From IMG/VR virus record IMGVR_UViG_3300031784_000002: a stretch of 64,000 nt of DNA. The stretch is one strand, 5' to 3'. Source of the stretch: a virus (lineage: Duplodnaviria > Caudoviricetes). The notes below the pieces were generated by a model. It was not told where the DNA came from, did not search any database, and worked only from the letters and a program-made list of their open reading frames with translations. Positions 45,299 through 54,000 of the stretch are shown piece after piece (position 1 is the stretch's first letter; each line of letters begins with the position of its first letter). A program made the position numbers and the translations under genes.

Positions 45299-47595
45299 TG
45301 ATAGACGAATCTTTTGTAAAATCAAATTTTTTAGGTAGAGACGGATTCATTTGGTGGATCGGCCAAGTTGCCGATCCTAAAGTATGGCGCACTGAAAAAA
45401 CAAGAATTGATGAAGGCAAATCATCTTGGGGATATAGATGCAAAATACGAATTATTGGATATCATAGTTTTGATAGAAATGAGTTAAAAGATGAAGACCT
45501 TCCTTGGGCTCATGTTCTAACTAGTGCAGCAGATGGAGCTCCAGCTCAAGGTGGTTTTGGTAAATTACCTTTACTTGTTGGAGGAGAGTCTGTATTTGGA
45601 TTCTTTCTGGATGGGGAAGAAGCTCAACAACCTGTCATAATGTCTTGCTTCTATAGAAGCCCAATGGTTGAAAACATACCAAATCCGAATCCATTTGAAC
45701 CATTTGCAGGAGCACCAACAAGTGGACCTCTTGGGGGAGGAGACCCAAAAAGAAGGAGTCAATCTACAAGAAATAAAAGACAAGATGATGGAGTTGCAAA
45801 AGAAATAGATGAAAAAATTGGAGAGGGATCCCAATTTGAAATGTTTGCCAACCCACTCTTCGGAGCAGCTACAACAAAAAGTTTGGATTTAAGTCCCGGA
45901 TTCGCTCCAATTACAACAGATACTAGTAGTAAAGCCGGAGCAATATTTGGAGCTCCAAATATTCCTAGAGATCAGTTATTTTACGATGAAAAAGCAGAAG
46001 TTGCATTTCTATCTGCATTTGATAAAGTAGGTAATGTTGAAACTGATAATGGGTGTGGAAATAATATTTTAAGTCAAATTACAAATACTCTACAAAGTTT
46101 TATCAAAACAGTAAATGGACTTGAAAAAACTGCATTAGGATTCATAGACCCAGTTAGAAATGTTGTTGTAGATGTTCAACAAACTGTTAGGTCTGTAGCT
46201 AGAATTGTTGCATCCATTATGAAGTTTGTGATTAATGGAATGCGTGATAGTATTTTCTGTTTAATTGGAAAATTATTTAAAGTACTATCAATTACATTAC
46301 CATCTTCGATTAAACTTCCCATCTCTGAAGCTGCTAAAAATATATTAAATCTAATATTTTGTCTTTTTGAAAAACTATTTGGTCCTCTTATGGACTTTAT
46401 CAAGGGTCTTTTAAATGGACTTATTGGTAAAAGTCCAAATATACCTTTGTGTGCAATAGAAGAAATTACGAGTGCATTGGTAAATAAGTTGGCAGATATG
46501 GCAGATAATGCTCTATCTGCTATTTTAAGTGGACTAGATTGGTTAGCTAGTGGAATTAGTTCAATTGCTGGTGCTTTAACCAGTGGATTGAACATGATTA
46601 GTCAGATCCTAAGTTTTTTAAGTTGCGATTCCTTAGCTTGTCAAAGTACAACTTCTTGGAATCCTTTTAGTGGAGCATCATTCCCAGCTTTGGATAGTTG
46701 GAATAGTATTATAGGAAACATGGATGTATTGAGTGGACTTGGTGGAGCCAATCAGTCTCTAGGTTATTTGTCTATGTTCGGATCTTCAAATACACCATTC
46801 AGTAAGTGCAGGAAAAAAATTACAAATCCACAAACACAAGATGATCTTGCTCCAATGCCAATTGGTGTCAAATTTTATAACTGTATCCCCCCAGAAATTA
46901 GAATCTATGGAGATGGAGTTGGTGCAAGAGCAAAAGCAGTAGTATCTGAAGTAGATGGATCCATTGTAACATTTTTACTATGCGATCCTGGAAAAGGGTA
47001 TACATATCCACCAGAAATAAGAGTTGTTGATAATTCAAATCATGGAAAAGGTGCTCAAGCTAGAGCAACAGTATCAAATGGAGGAATAGATTCGATCTAT
47101 GTTATTAATCCCGGAACTGGTTATTGTCAAACCAACTTAACCGAAGAGACTGGTGGTGGTGCTGGTACTGCCTCTCTACCACCATGTTTAGATGTGGGAG
47201 ACGGTCAACTTTCTCCAGTTGTTATTGGAATCACTACTAATTTTGTAATAGGAAGTCCCGGAATAGGATATACTTTTGGAGATACTATACAAGTTGGAGA
47301 TGATTTGTTTAAACCAGTGATTACAGATAACGGTTCTATTATTGATGTGGAATACCCAAGTTTTGCGGTTCAACCAACTCAACCAGGTCAAGCGCCCCCT
47401 CCCAATCAAACTACACAAACTGGATCATCTGGTCAAACTTTCAAATCTGTTCCACCAGTGATTATAAATACAAGGACGGGAGAAGGTGCCATCATCTATC
47501 CAGTTCTACAATTCGTACCACAATTTATCACTGATACTCTTGATCAAAATATTGTTGGTATTGGCTCCATCGTAAACGTAGTCGATTGTGTGTAA
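45298..47595 (+). CDS. gp5: Baseplate central spike gp5 (OB-fold N-terminus)
   Basis: GRDGFIWWIGQV; RCKIRIIGYH; LPWAHV; VFGFFLDGEEAQQPVI; no lysozyme motif seen. Confidence 0.85.
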   Translation: MIDESFVKSNFLGRDGFIWWIGQVADPKVWRTEKTRIDEGKSSWGYRCKIRIIGYHSFDRNELKDEDLPWAHVLTSAADGAPAQGGFGKLPLLVGGESVFGFFLDGEEAQQPVIMSCFYRSPMVENIPNPNPFEPFAGAPTSGPLGGGDPKRRSQSTRNKRQDDGVAKEIDEKIGEGSQFEMFANPLFGAATTKSLDLSPGFAPITTDTSSKAGAIFGAPNIPRDQLFYDEKAEVAFLSAFDKVGNVETDNGCGNNILSQITNTLQSFIKTVNGLEKTALGFIDPVRNVVVDVQQTVRSVARIVASIMKFVINGMRDSIFCLIGKLFKVLSITLPSSIKLPISEAAKNILNLIFCLFEKLFGPLMDFIKGLLNGLIGKSPNIPLCAIEEITSALVNKLADMADNALSAILSGLDWLASGISSIAGALTSGLNMISQILSFLSCDSLACQSTTSWNPFSGASFPALDSWNSIIGNMDVLSGLGGANQSLGYLSMFGSSNTPFSKCRKKITNPQTQDDLAPMPIGVKFYNCIPPEIRIYGDGVGARAKAVVSEVDGSIVTFLLCDPGKGYTYPPEIRVVDNSNHGKGAQARATVSNGGIDSIYVINPGTGYCQTNLTEETGGGAGTASLPPCLDVGDGQLSPVVIGITTNFVIGSPGIGYTFGDTIQVGDDLFKPVITDNGSIIDVEYPSFAVQPTQPGQAPPPNQTTQTGSSGQTFKSVPPVIINTRTGEGAIIYPVLQFVPQFITDTLDQNIVGIGSIVNVVDCV

Positions 47596-47598
47596 ACC

Positions 47599-48150
47599 AT
47601 GCCCGAACAACCAAAAGAATATTATGAAAAGAAACCAGGCTATATAATTAAGTCTGGAACTGAAGATGCTGTGGGGAGAATAATAGATTATGCGATGTTC
47701 ACGGATAATGGCCAAGGGTTTGAGTACACAACCGATGGTCAATACATGCAACAATGTAATAAAACCTCATATGAACTTTGTGGGGTAGATGGAAAAGATA
47801 AAGAACCTGCTAAAATTATAAGAGCTAGAAAGGGTGATATTATCATCGAAGCAATGGATGGTGATATTATTCTAAGAGGTAAAAATATTAGAGTTGTTGC
47901 TCTAGATGGAACTGGAGAAGTGACTGTAGTTTCAGGAAAACATTTTGCTGTAAATGCTCCTGTACAATCTTTTAAAGGAAGTAACTCCAATACAGTTATG
48001 TCCAACAGTGCATCTATTGGAGCTCAAGCAACAGATACCACTGGAAATATACAAAATAGTCAAACTTCTGGTGCAGAAGATTGTGAAGGGTCAATTTTAA
48101 CTAGACTTTTAAATATTGCTAAGAAATTTGAAAAATGGTTAAGTTGTTGA
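47599..48150 (+). CDS. Virion protein downstream of gp5 (spike beta-helix-like)
   Basis: GDIIIEAMDGDIILRGKNI beta-repeat. Confidence 0.6.
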   Translation: MPEQPKEYYEKKPGYIIKSGTEDAVGRIIDYAMFTDNGQGFEYTTDGQYMQQCNKTSYELCGVDGKDKEPAKIIRARKGDIIIEAMDGDIILRGKNIRVVALDGTGEVTVVSGKHFAVNAPVQSFKGSNSNTVMSNSASIGAQATDTTGNIQNSQTSGAEDCEGSILTRLLNIAKKFEKWLSC

Positions 48151-48167
48151 ATACTAGGAGGTGAAAT

Positions 48168-49040
48168 ATGCCTGCAGAACCCGTTAAGTATATTGGTGAT
48201 AAACTCTGTGTAGGTCCTTTAGATTACTCATTTTTACCTGCTGTCCCCGCTATACCTGGAACTTCAGTATTAAATGGACCTGCATGGATTGGTGCAGGTG
48301 GACCCCAAATTCCTACAGCTAATTGTATGATTGGTCCTGGAATTGGAGGTCCAATTTCTTTACAAGTTATTGGTATTGCTAATTTTATTTCTATTACCAA
48401 CCAAATAGGAATTAATAATAGATCTGGTCTTGCAAATATAACTGGATTTACTCAAAAACTTGGTGCAAGTACAAAAGCTGCATTTTCGGCTACCACTGGA
48501 TTTAGTGCAAAATCTACCACACAAACTACAGCTGGACCACAGTATTCTCAAGCATTTGCTGAAACTCCTTTATTAAAGGCTAAAGTAATTCTGGGAAATG
48601 TTTCAGGAACTACAGGAATCAATCCAACTCAAGCTGCAGCATTAGCTACAAAAAAACCATTTGATATTAAACACCCAACCAAAGAAGGTTGGAGACTTAG
48701 ACATGTTTGTGTCGAAGGTCCAACTGCGGATGTTTATGTCAGAGGTGTGATGGAATCCTGCGATACTATTGAACTTCCAGATTACTGGACAGGACTAGTA
48801 GATTCTGAAACAATCACAATTAGTTTAACCGCAGTCGGAGAATATCAAGAACTTTTTGCAAAACTATCGGAGTGTGGTACTAAAGTAAAAGTCTCCAACG
48901 CTTTAGGTGAAGTAAAAAAATATAGTTATTTGATATTCGGTGAAAGAAAAGATGTTGAAAGAAATATTGCAGAATATGAGGGAGAATCGGTAACAGATTA
49001 TCCCGGAGATAATGCACAATACGGATTGTTTACTTTATAA
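48168..49040 (+). CDS. Virion structural protein, paralog A
   Basis: KPFDIKHP...LRHVCVEGP.ADVYVRG...ELPDYW..LVD. Confidence 0.7.
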   Translation: MPAEPVKYIGDKLCVGPLDYSFLPAVPAIPGTSVLNGPAWIGAGGPQIPTANCMIGPGIGGPISLQVIGIANFISITNQIGINNRSGLANITGFTQKLGASTKAAFSATTGFSAKSTTQTTAGPQYSQAFAETPLLKAKVILGNVSGTTGINPTQAAALATKKPFDIKHPTKEGWRLRHVCVEGPTADVYVRGVMESCDTIELPDYWTGLVDSETITISLTAVGEYQELFAKLSECGTKVKVSNALGEVKKYSYLIFGERKDVERNIAEYEGESVTDYPGDNAQYGLFTL

Positions 49041-49045
49041 TTATT

Positions 49046-49951
49046 ATGCCTGCAGAACCCGTTAAGTATATTGGTGATAAACTCTGTGTAGGTCCAATAG
49101 ATTATTCATTCTTACCTGGATGCGTTCCATCAATTCCAGGAACAACAGTTTTAAATGGGCCTGTGTGGATTGGTGCTGGAGGACCACCAATTCCTACAGC
49201 TAATTGTATGATTGGACCTGGATTGGGGGGACCAATCTCCCTACAAGTTATTGGTATTGCCAATATTCCAGCTATTAATAATCAATCCGGAATCTACAAT
49301 AGATCAGGTCTTGCAAATGTTACTGGATACAGTAACAAAGTTGGTTCCGACGTAAAAGCTGCATTTTCGGCTACAACTGCATATAGTGCAAAAGCCGCAG
49401 TACAAACCACTGCTGGTCCAGATTATTCTCAAGCATTCAGAGAAACGCCATTATTAAGAGCTAGGGTGATTATTGGAAACATGTCCGGAACAAAGGGCAT
49501 GAATACGCAATTCAAAACAAGAGTGCAAGCAAAAAAACCTTTGGGACATCCAAATTTTGACATTAAACATCCCACAAAAAATGGTTGGAGAGTTCGTTAT
49601 GTTTGTACAGAGGGCCCGACTGCCGATGTTTTTATCAAAGGAACTCTTAAAAATAAAAATATTATTGAACTTCCAGATTATTGGGAAGGTTTAGTTGATT
49701 CTGAAACCATAAATGTAATATTAACTTCGATTAATCAACATCAAAAACTCTTTTATAATGTTTCCAAATGTGGAACCAAAATTGAAGTTTTCTCTAACTC
49801 TGATAATTCAATCAATTGTTACTATAAAATATTTGCAGAAAGAAAAGACACTCCTAAAAATATTGTAGAATATAAAGGGTTGAATCATACCGATTATCCT
49901 GGAGATAATAACGAATATAGATTCTGGTTTAGTCCCACAGTGTTCCCATAA
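49046..49951 (+). CDS. Virion structural protein, paralog B
   Basis: Same architecture; first 50 nt identical to paralog A. Confidence 0.7.
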   Translation: MPAEPVKYIGDKLCVGPIDYSFLPGCVPSIPGTTVLNGPVWIGAGGPPIPTANCMIGPGLGGPISLQVIGIANIPAINNQSGIYNRSGLANVTGYSNKVGSDVKAAFSATTAYSAKAAVQTTAGPDYSQAFRETPLLRARVIIGNMSGTKGMNTQFKTRVQAKKPLGHPNFDIKHPTKNGWRVRYVCTEGPTADVFIKGTLKNKNIIELPDYWEGLVDSETINVILTSINQHQKLFYNVSKCGTKIEVFSNSDNSINCYYKIFAERKDTPKNIVEYKGLNHTDYPGDNNEYRFWFSPTVFP

Positions 49952-49990
49952 ATAATACTAAACAATCTTTGACAATATAATTAACTAATT

Positions 49991-51649
49991 ATGGCCGGTG
50001 TATCTACTCATTTCATTGCAGAATGTAAGGAAGAACTTGAATTTAAAAAGCAAGAAAAAGAACAGTTACTGGAACAACTTGCATTATATGATGTAAGAAT
50101 AGATCGATATGATGCAGTTATTGAAAATATGGACAGGTCATTATTGCCTGGGATAGCAGAAATTAATGCTGGAGCGACTGCTGCAGCTGCAGCATATGAG
50201 TCTAGAGTTTCTACTGGGTGTAAAAGTGATTTAGCTTGGGTTCAAACCGGCCAACGTACTTTTAGAGTCGGTTTTACAAGCGTAGTGACTGAAACAATCT
50301 ATGAAGTCAAAAAAGATTCTTCCACATATACACAGTATGGAAAATGGGGAATAAAATATTACAGAAGACCTAAAAATCAAGATTATGGTTCCAATATTGT
50401 TTCTGAATTTTATGGAGCTATCAGTGCAGGAACTACCAACTTAGCAATTGTTCAAGCTGGTGTTGCTGGAACTGTTGGTATTTTGCCTGGTGATCTTATT
50501 ACGGATGATCTAGAAAATCCTACTGTATTTGGAATAAATAATCTTCCCAATATTGTTGGTTTCGGACAAAGTACCTTAGTAATTGAAACCAAAATTTTTA
50601 ATGGTAAGGTTACAATTGGATCTACTGTTATTGCACAAGCAGGAGTTGGAGATACAACTCAAATTCAAGTAGGTAATAGAATTATTGGAACCAGTGTTTT
50701 ACCTTTTGAAACTACTGTAGTGGCTATTAGTTCTGCTCCAATTGATATTGAAATATGGGATTTTGATTTTGGTGGATTTATTACCACTAGTGTTACTGTT
50801 CCATCTTTGGTCATAAGTAATCCAGCTTTAGGTTCAACTACTATTGACTTTGCAATAGGAATTACAAGTACTTATGATTCATTTTTAATAGATGTCCCTG
50901 CAAGTCAAGATGTTAATCCTAGTGATCCTACGAATTTTACTATAATTAGAACTACGCAATCAGTATTGGATGAATTTGATGCTACAAATAATCCTATAGA
51001 TCCAGTTACTGTGGGGATTATGAATGAAAGCACTGTAGGATTTGGCCATAGTGTTGTGAGAGTTAGTAGTACTGCTCCTCCGGGACCTTTTCAGTGGAGA
51101 GAAGTTCTCGGTGATTTTGATCCAGAACCTGAGTGTGGGGCTGGATTTGTAGATTGGTATGAAGGAACTACTCAATGGCCTGTATTGATTACCAATACAT
51201 TTGATTCTGAAGGAGCCTTAATTAGTTCGAGTAGCGCACATGCGCCAGAAGGAACTACAGTTACATTATCAGTTGGAAGTACTGTTCCACAAAGATATGG
51301 AATAGGATATACTGGAACCAGTTCAAATAATCCATCTTTTTCTGGTTGTGGGGCACAAAATACTGCTATATCAAACGCGGAATCAACAAGAAATTCAAGT
51401 ATTACAAAGTCACAAGCAACAGTGGATGAAACTCTTGCTGCTTCATTAAGACTTAGACAACTTAGAGATAAGTTGGAAGGTCAAGCATTTGTCTTTTTAC
51501 AAGGAAGAGCTGCAGCGGACGCAGAAATAGTTAGATTAACTAAGGCAATTGCAGAGTTGGAAGCGGTAGATTTATCGCAATATGAACCAACAACGAACAT
51601 AAACAAAAATAAATACACAAACAATACGGTCGGGGTGCCAACCACTTAA
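49991..51649 (+). CDS. Virion structural protein (coiled-coil ends, Thr/Gly-rich middle)
   Basis: ORF track; ATAAATA at 49948. Confidence 0.7.
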   Translation: MAGVSTHFIAECKEELEFKKQEKEQLLEQLALYDVRIDRYDAVIENMDRSLLPGIAEINAGATAAAAAYESRVSTGCKSDLAWVQTGQRTFRVGFTSVVTETIYEVKKDSSTYTQYGKWGIKYYRRPKNQDYGSNIVSEFYGAISAGTTNLAIVQAGVAGTVGILPGDLITDDLENPTVFGINNLPNIVGFGQSTLVIETKIFNGKVTIGSTVIAQAGVGDTTQIQVGNRIIGTSVLPFETTVVAISSAPIDIEIWDFDFGGFITTSVTVPSLVISNPALGSTTIDFAIGITSTYDSFLIDVPASQDVNPSDPTNFTIIRTTQSVLDEFDATNNPIDPVTVGIMNESTVGFGHSVVRVSSTAPPGPFQWREVLGDFDPEPECGAGFVDWYEGTTQWPVLITNTFDSEGALISSSSAHAPEGTTVTLSVGSTVPQRYGIGYTGTSSNNPSFSGCGAQNTAISNAESTRNSSITKSQATVDETLAASLRLRQLRDKLEGQAFVFLQGRAAADAEIVRLTKAIAELEAVDLSQYEPTTNINKNKYTNNTVGVPTT

Positions 51650-51698
51650 AGAACTGTCACACACCCCCTGGACACCCCCCCACACTTCTTGGTATGAT
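51640..51698 (+). promoter_or_regulatory. Early-type promoter with upstream element
   Basis: CCACTTAAAGAACTGTCAC, then TGGACA-N18-TATGAT. Confidence 0.55.
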
Positions 51699-51724
51699 AG
51701 CCATGTTAATCCAAACAACCCCTA

Positions 51725-51901
51725 ATGCAAATTGATCGTGATGTTTTGAAGAATCTTCAGGAACTGCAAGAAGATGTTGCAGAGGCCTTTACTGACGAAA
51801 ACTTCCCTATGAGTGGTGAAGTTTATTGGACTGCGGTAGAGTGTCTTGCAACTGCAAAACTCGCAGAACTTCGTGGTGAACTGGTTGCAGATGAAGTATA
51901 A
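51725..51901 (+). CDS. Small hypothetical protein
   Basis: Hand-read MQIDRDVLKNLQELQEDVAE..., 58 aa. Confidence 0.65.
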   Translation: MQIDRDVLKNLQELQEDVAEAFTDENFPMSGEVYWTAVECLATAKLAELRGELVADEV

Positions 51902-52040
51902 AGTCCAGTACTTTAAACCCAAAAAGAAAGGCCTTGCCAAACACGAAGCAGTGTTCTACAATATAGAAGACGCAATGAGGTGGGAGTCTTACGTTAAATA
52001 CGAATTGAACGCACAAAATCTAGAAATAGTTCCAATCTAA
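51891..52040 (+). CDS. Small hypothetical protein
   Basis: Likely start MKYKVQYFKPKK. Confidence 0.6.
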   Translation: MKYKVQYFKPKKKGLAKHEAVFYNIEDAMRWESYVKYELNAQNLEIVPI

Positions 52041-52041
52041 T

Positions 52042-52251
52042 ATGAGTCTACTCAAAATTAACAGAGCATCACTTTACGAATATCCAGTGAAAACAACTCC
52101 TCAAAATGTCAAAGAATCAAACGAAGGACTGTTTCATGCTAAAATGACTCTACCTGCGGCTGCAAAACATTGCGGAATGACACAAAAAGAAATGAAGTTG
52201 ACATTCTTCGAGTTTTTGAAGTATAATCCTCCTACCTACCAACCCGAGTAA
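52042..52251 (+). CDS. Hypothetical protein
   Basis: MTLPAAAKHCGMT, HTH-like. Confidence 0.7.
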   Translation: MSLLKINRASLYEYPVKTTPQNVKESNEGLFHAKMTLPAAAKHCGMTQKEMKLTFFEFLKYNPPTYQPE

Positions 52252-52260
52252 GGTTTTCGA

Positions 52261-52335
52261 GGGACTGTCGCCTATTGGTTAAGGCCCACTGCTTATAACG
52301 GTGTGAACGGAGTTCAATTCTCCGCAGTCCTACCA
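52261..52335 (+). tRNA. tRNA-Ile(UAU)
   Basis: Acceptor GGGACTG/CAGTCCT; anticodon loop CTTATAA; GTTCAATT; encoded CCA. Confidence 0.92.
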
Positions 52336-52343
52336 AAATAAAT

Positions 52344-52426
52344 GGGAGCATGGTGGAATCGGTAGACACACCAGACTTAAAATCTGTCGGGCATAGCCTG
52401 TGGGAGTTCAAGTCTCCCTGCTCCTA
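52344..52426 (+). tRNA. tRNA-Leu(UAA)
   Basis: GGTGGAATCGGTAGACAC D-arm; loop CTTAAAA; long variable arm; GTTCAAGTC. Confidence 0.93.
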
Positions 52427-52450
52427 TTAGTATACATAGTTATACTATTT

Positions 52451-52522
52451 GCCCTTGTAGCTCAGTGGTAGAGCAACGGTTTTGTAAACCGTTGGTCGCT
52501 GGTTCAAATCCGGTCGGGGGCT
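52451..52522 (+). tRNA. tRNA-Thr(UGU)
   Basis: TAGCTCAGTGGTAGAGC; loop TTTGTAA; GGTTCAAATCC. Confidence 0.95.
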
Positions 52523-52540
52523 TCAGTAATTAAAAGATTC

Positions 52541-52699
52541 ATGATCATCAATCTCTGGTACAATAAAGACATGAATCAATGGAGATGGTCGTTGACTGAT
52601 CCATCCACAATGGAACAACATACAGGAGGACAACCAAATCTTAGAACAGCAATGAATGACATTGCCAATACAGTAGAATTCATTTTAAGTAAAAAATGA
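52541..52699 (+). CDS. Small hypothetical protein
   Basis: Hand-read MIINLWYNKDMNQWRWSLTD... Confidence 0.65.
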   Translation: MIINLWYNKDMNQWRWSLTDPSTMEQHTGGQPNLRTAMNDIANTVEFILSKK

Positions 52700-53262
52700 A
52701 TAATACACATGTGTATTATAAAAAACTAAACGAGAAATCAATATTTTTATATGATTTTTGTAATTCAACAATGAACAATATCCCTGAAGATCAAAGAAAA
52801 AAATTAGTAAATCGTGCAGATTTTAAAGTTGTCAGGATAAACAAAGACCACTTTTTAAAAGAACCTTTAATTAAAAAGATACATGAACAATTTGAGATAA
52901 GTTTTGCTGGTATTTTTATCTTAGAAAAAAATACCGCATGTGAATTTCACATAGATGAGCCAAGAAAAGTAGCCATCAATATGTTGTTATCTTCTGGAAT
53001 AAGTCATAGTATTTTTAAAAAAGAAAATAAAGAATCCGATAACGCATATCAATACGAATTTGAAGAACTGATATTTGAAGAAAAATATTTTTATTTGTAT
53101 AATGTCTCAAAAGAACATAGTGTAATAAACTTCGATAAACCAAGATATATGTTCTCAATCAAATTTAAAGATGGCAAATTGTCTTACGACGAATTATCAA
53201 AGTGGTGTGAAGAAAATAATTTGTTAGAAAACCAAAACAAAATAAGTAATTATACTCAGTGA
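52696..53262 (+). CDS. Cupin/2OG-type oxygenase-like protein
   Basis: FHIDEPRKVAIN...YNVSKEHSVIN...RYMFSI. Confidence 0.6.
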   Translation: MNNTHVYYKKLNEKSIFLYDFCNSTMNNIPEDQRKKLVNRADFKVVRINKDHFLKEPLIKKIHEQFEISFAGIFILEKNTACEFHIDEPRKVAINMLLSSGISHSIFKKENKESDNAYQYEFEELIFEEKYFYLYNVSKEHSVINFDKPRYMFSIKFKDGKLSYDELSKWCEENNLLENQNKISNYTQ

Positions 53263-53870
53263 AAAGTCAATTTTACATAGATAAAGTTGGTAAAGATGAA
53301 ATAAAAGAACTTCTTTATACTCATCATTACCTTAAAGACGAATCTAAAGATTTTAAATCTGGGTATAACTATGGACTTTTCAAACATCCTGACTGGGAAT
53401 GTCCCCTTAGAATTAGCAGGTGCCTTGGTGCTTGCATTTTTAGTACACTCCCAGTACCAGAAATCGCCGTAGGAGCTTTTGGTTTAAATCGTAATGAACA
53501 ACAAGGAATTTTTGAACTATCCCGCCTCTGCATCCTCCCAGAAATTCAATCAGATGAATATAATATCACTTCTTGGTTTGTTTCAAGATCGATTAGACAG
53601 TTACGGAAGGATACTAAAGTTAAAGCAATCCTCTCTTACGCTGATAGTAATCGCCATACTGGCACAATCTATCGCGCTTGTAACTTTAAGTATTACGGTC
53701 TCACGGATCGAAAAAAAGATTTCTACTATGCGGATGGAACTAAACACTCTCGTGGAAAAATAAAAGGTGAAAATGGCGAATGGAAAGATCGTAGTAGAAA
53801 ACATAGATACTTAATGATTTTTGATAATTCTTTAAAAGAAAGCCTTGCCTGGAAAGAAGTTAAATGGTAA
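53259..53870 (+). CDS. Mom-like GNAT (putative DNA adenine acyltransferase)
   Basis: HHYL; GACIF; ELSRLC; SWFVSRSIR; ILSYAD..HTGTIYRACNFKYYG. Confidence 0.75.
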   Translation: MKSQFYIDKVGKDEIKELLYTHHYLKDESKDFKSGYNYGLFKHPDWECPLRISRCLGACIFSTLPVPEIAVGAFGLNRNEQQGIFELSRLCILPEIQSDEYNITSWFVSRSIRQLRKDTKVKAILSYADSNRHTGTIYRACNFKYYGLTDRKKDFYYADGTKHSRGKIKGENGEWKDRSRKHRYLMIFDNSLKESLAWKEVKW

Positions 53871-53925
53871 TATATACTTGGTGGTACTAAGACACCAGCG
53901 ACAAAATCCCTTCCGTGTGAACTTT

Positions 53926-53954
53926 AAAACCTCCTCATTGAGAGGAGGTTTTTT
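53926..53954 (+). terminator. Rho-independent terminator
   Basis: AAAACCTCCTC-attga-GAGGAGGTTTT. Confidence 0.88.
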
Positions 53955-54000
53955 AGTGTCTAAATATAAAAAGAATAATTTGTCACTGTAGGAAAACAAG

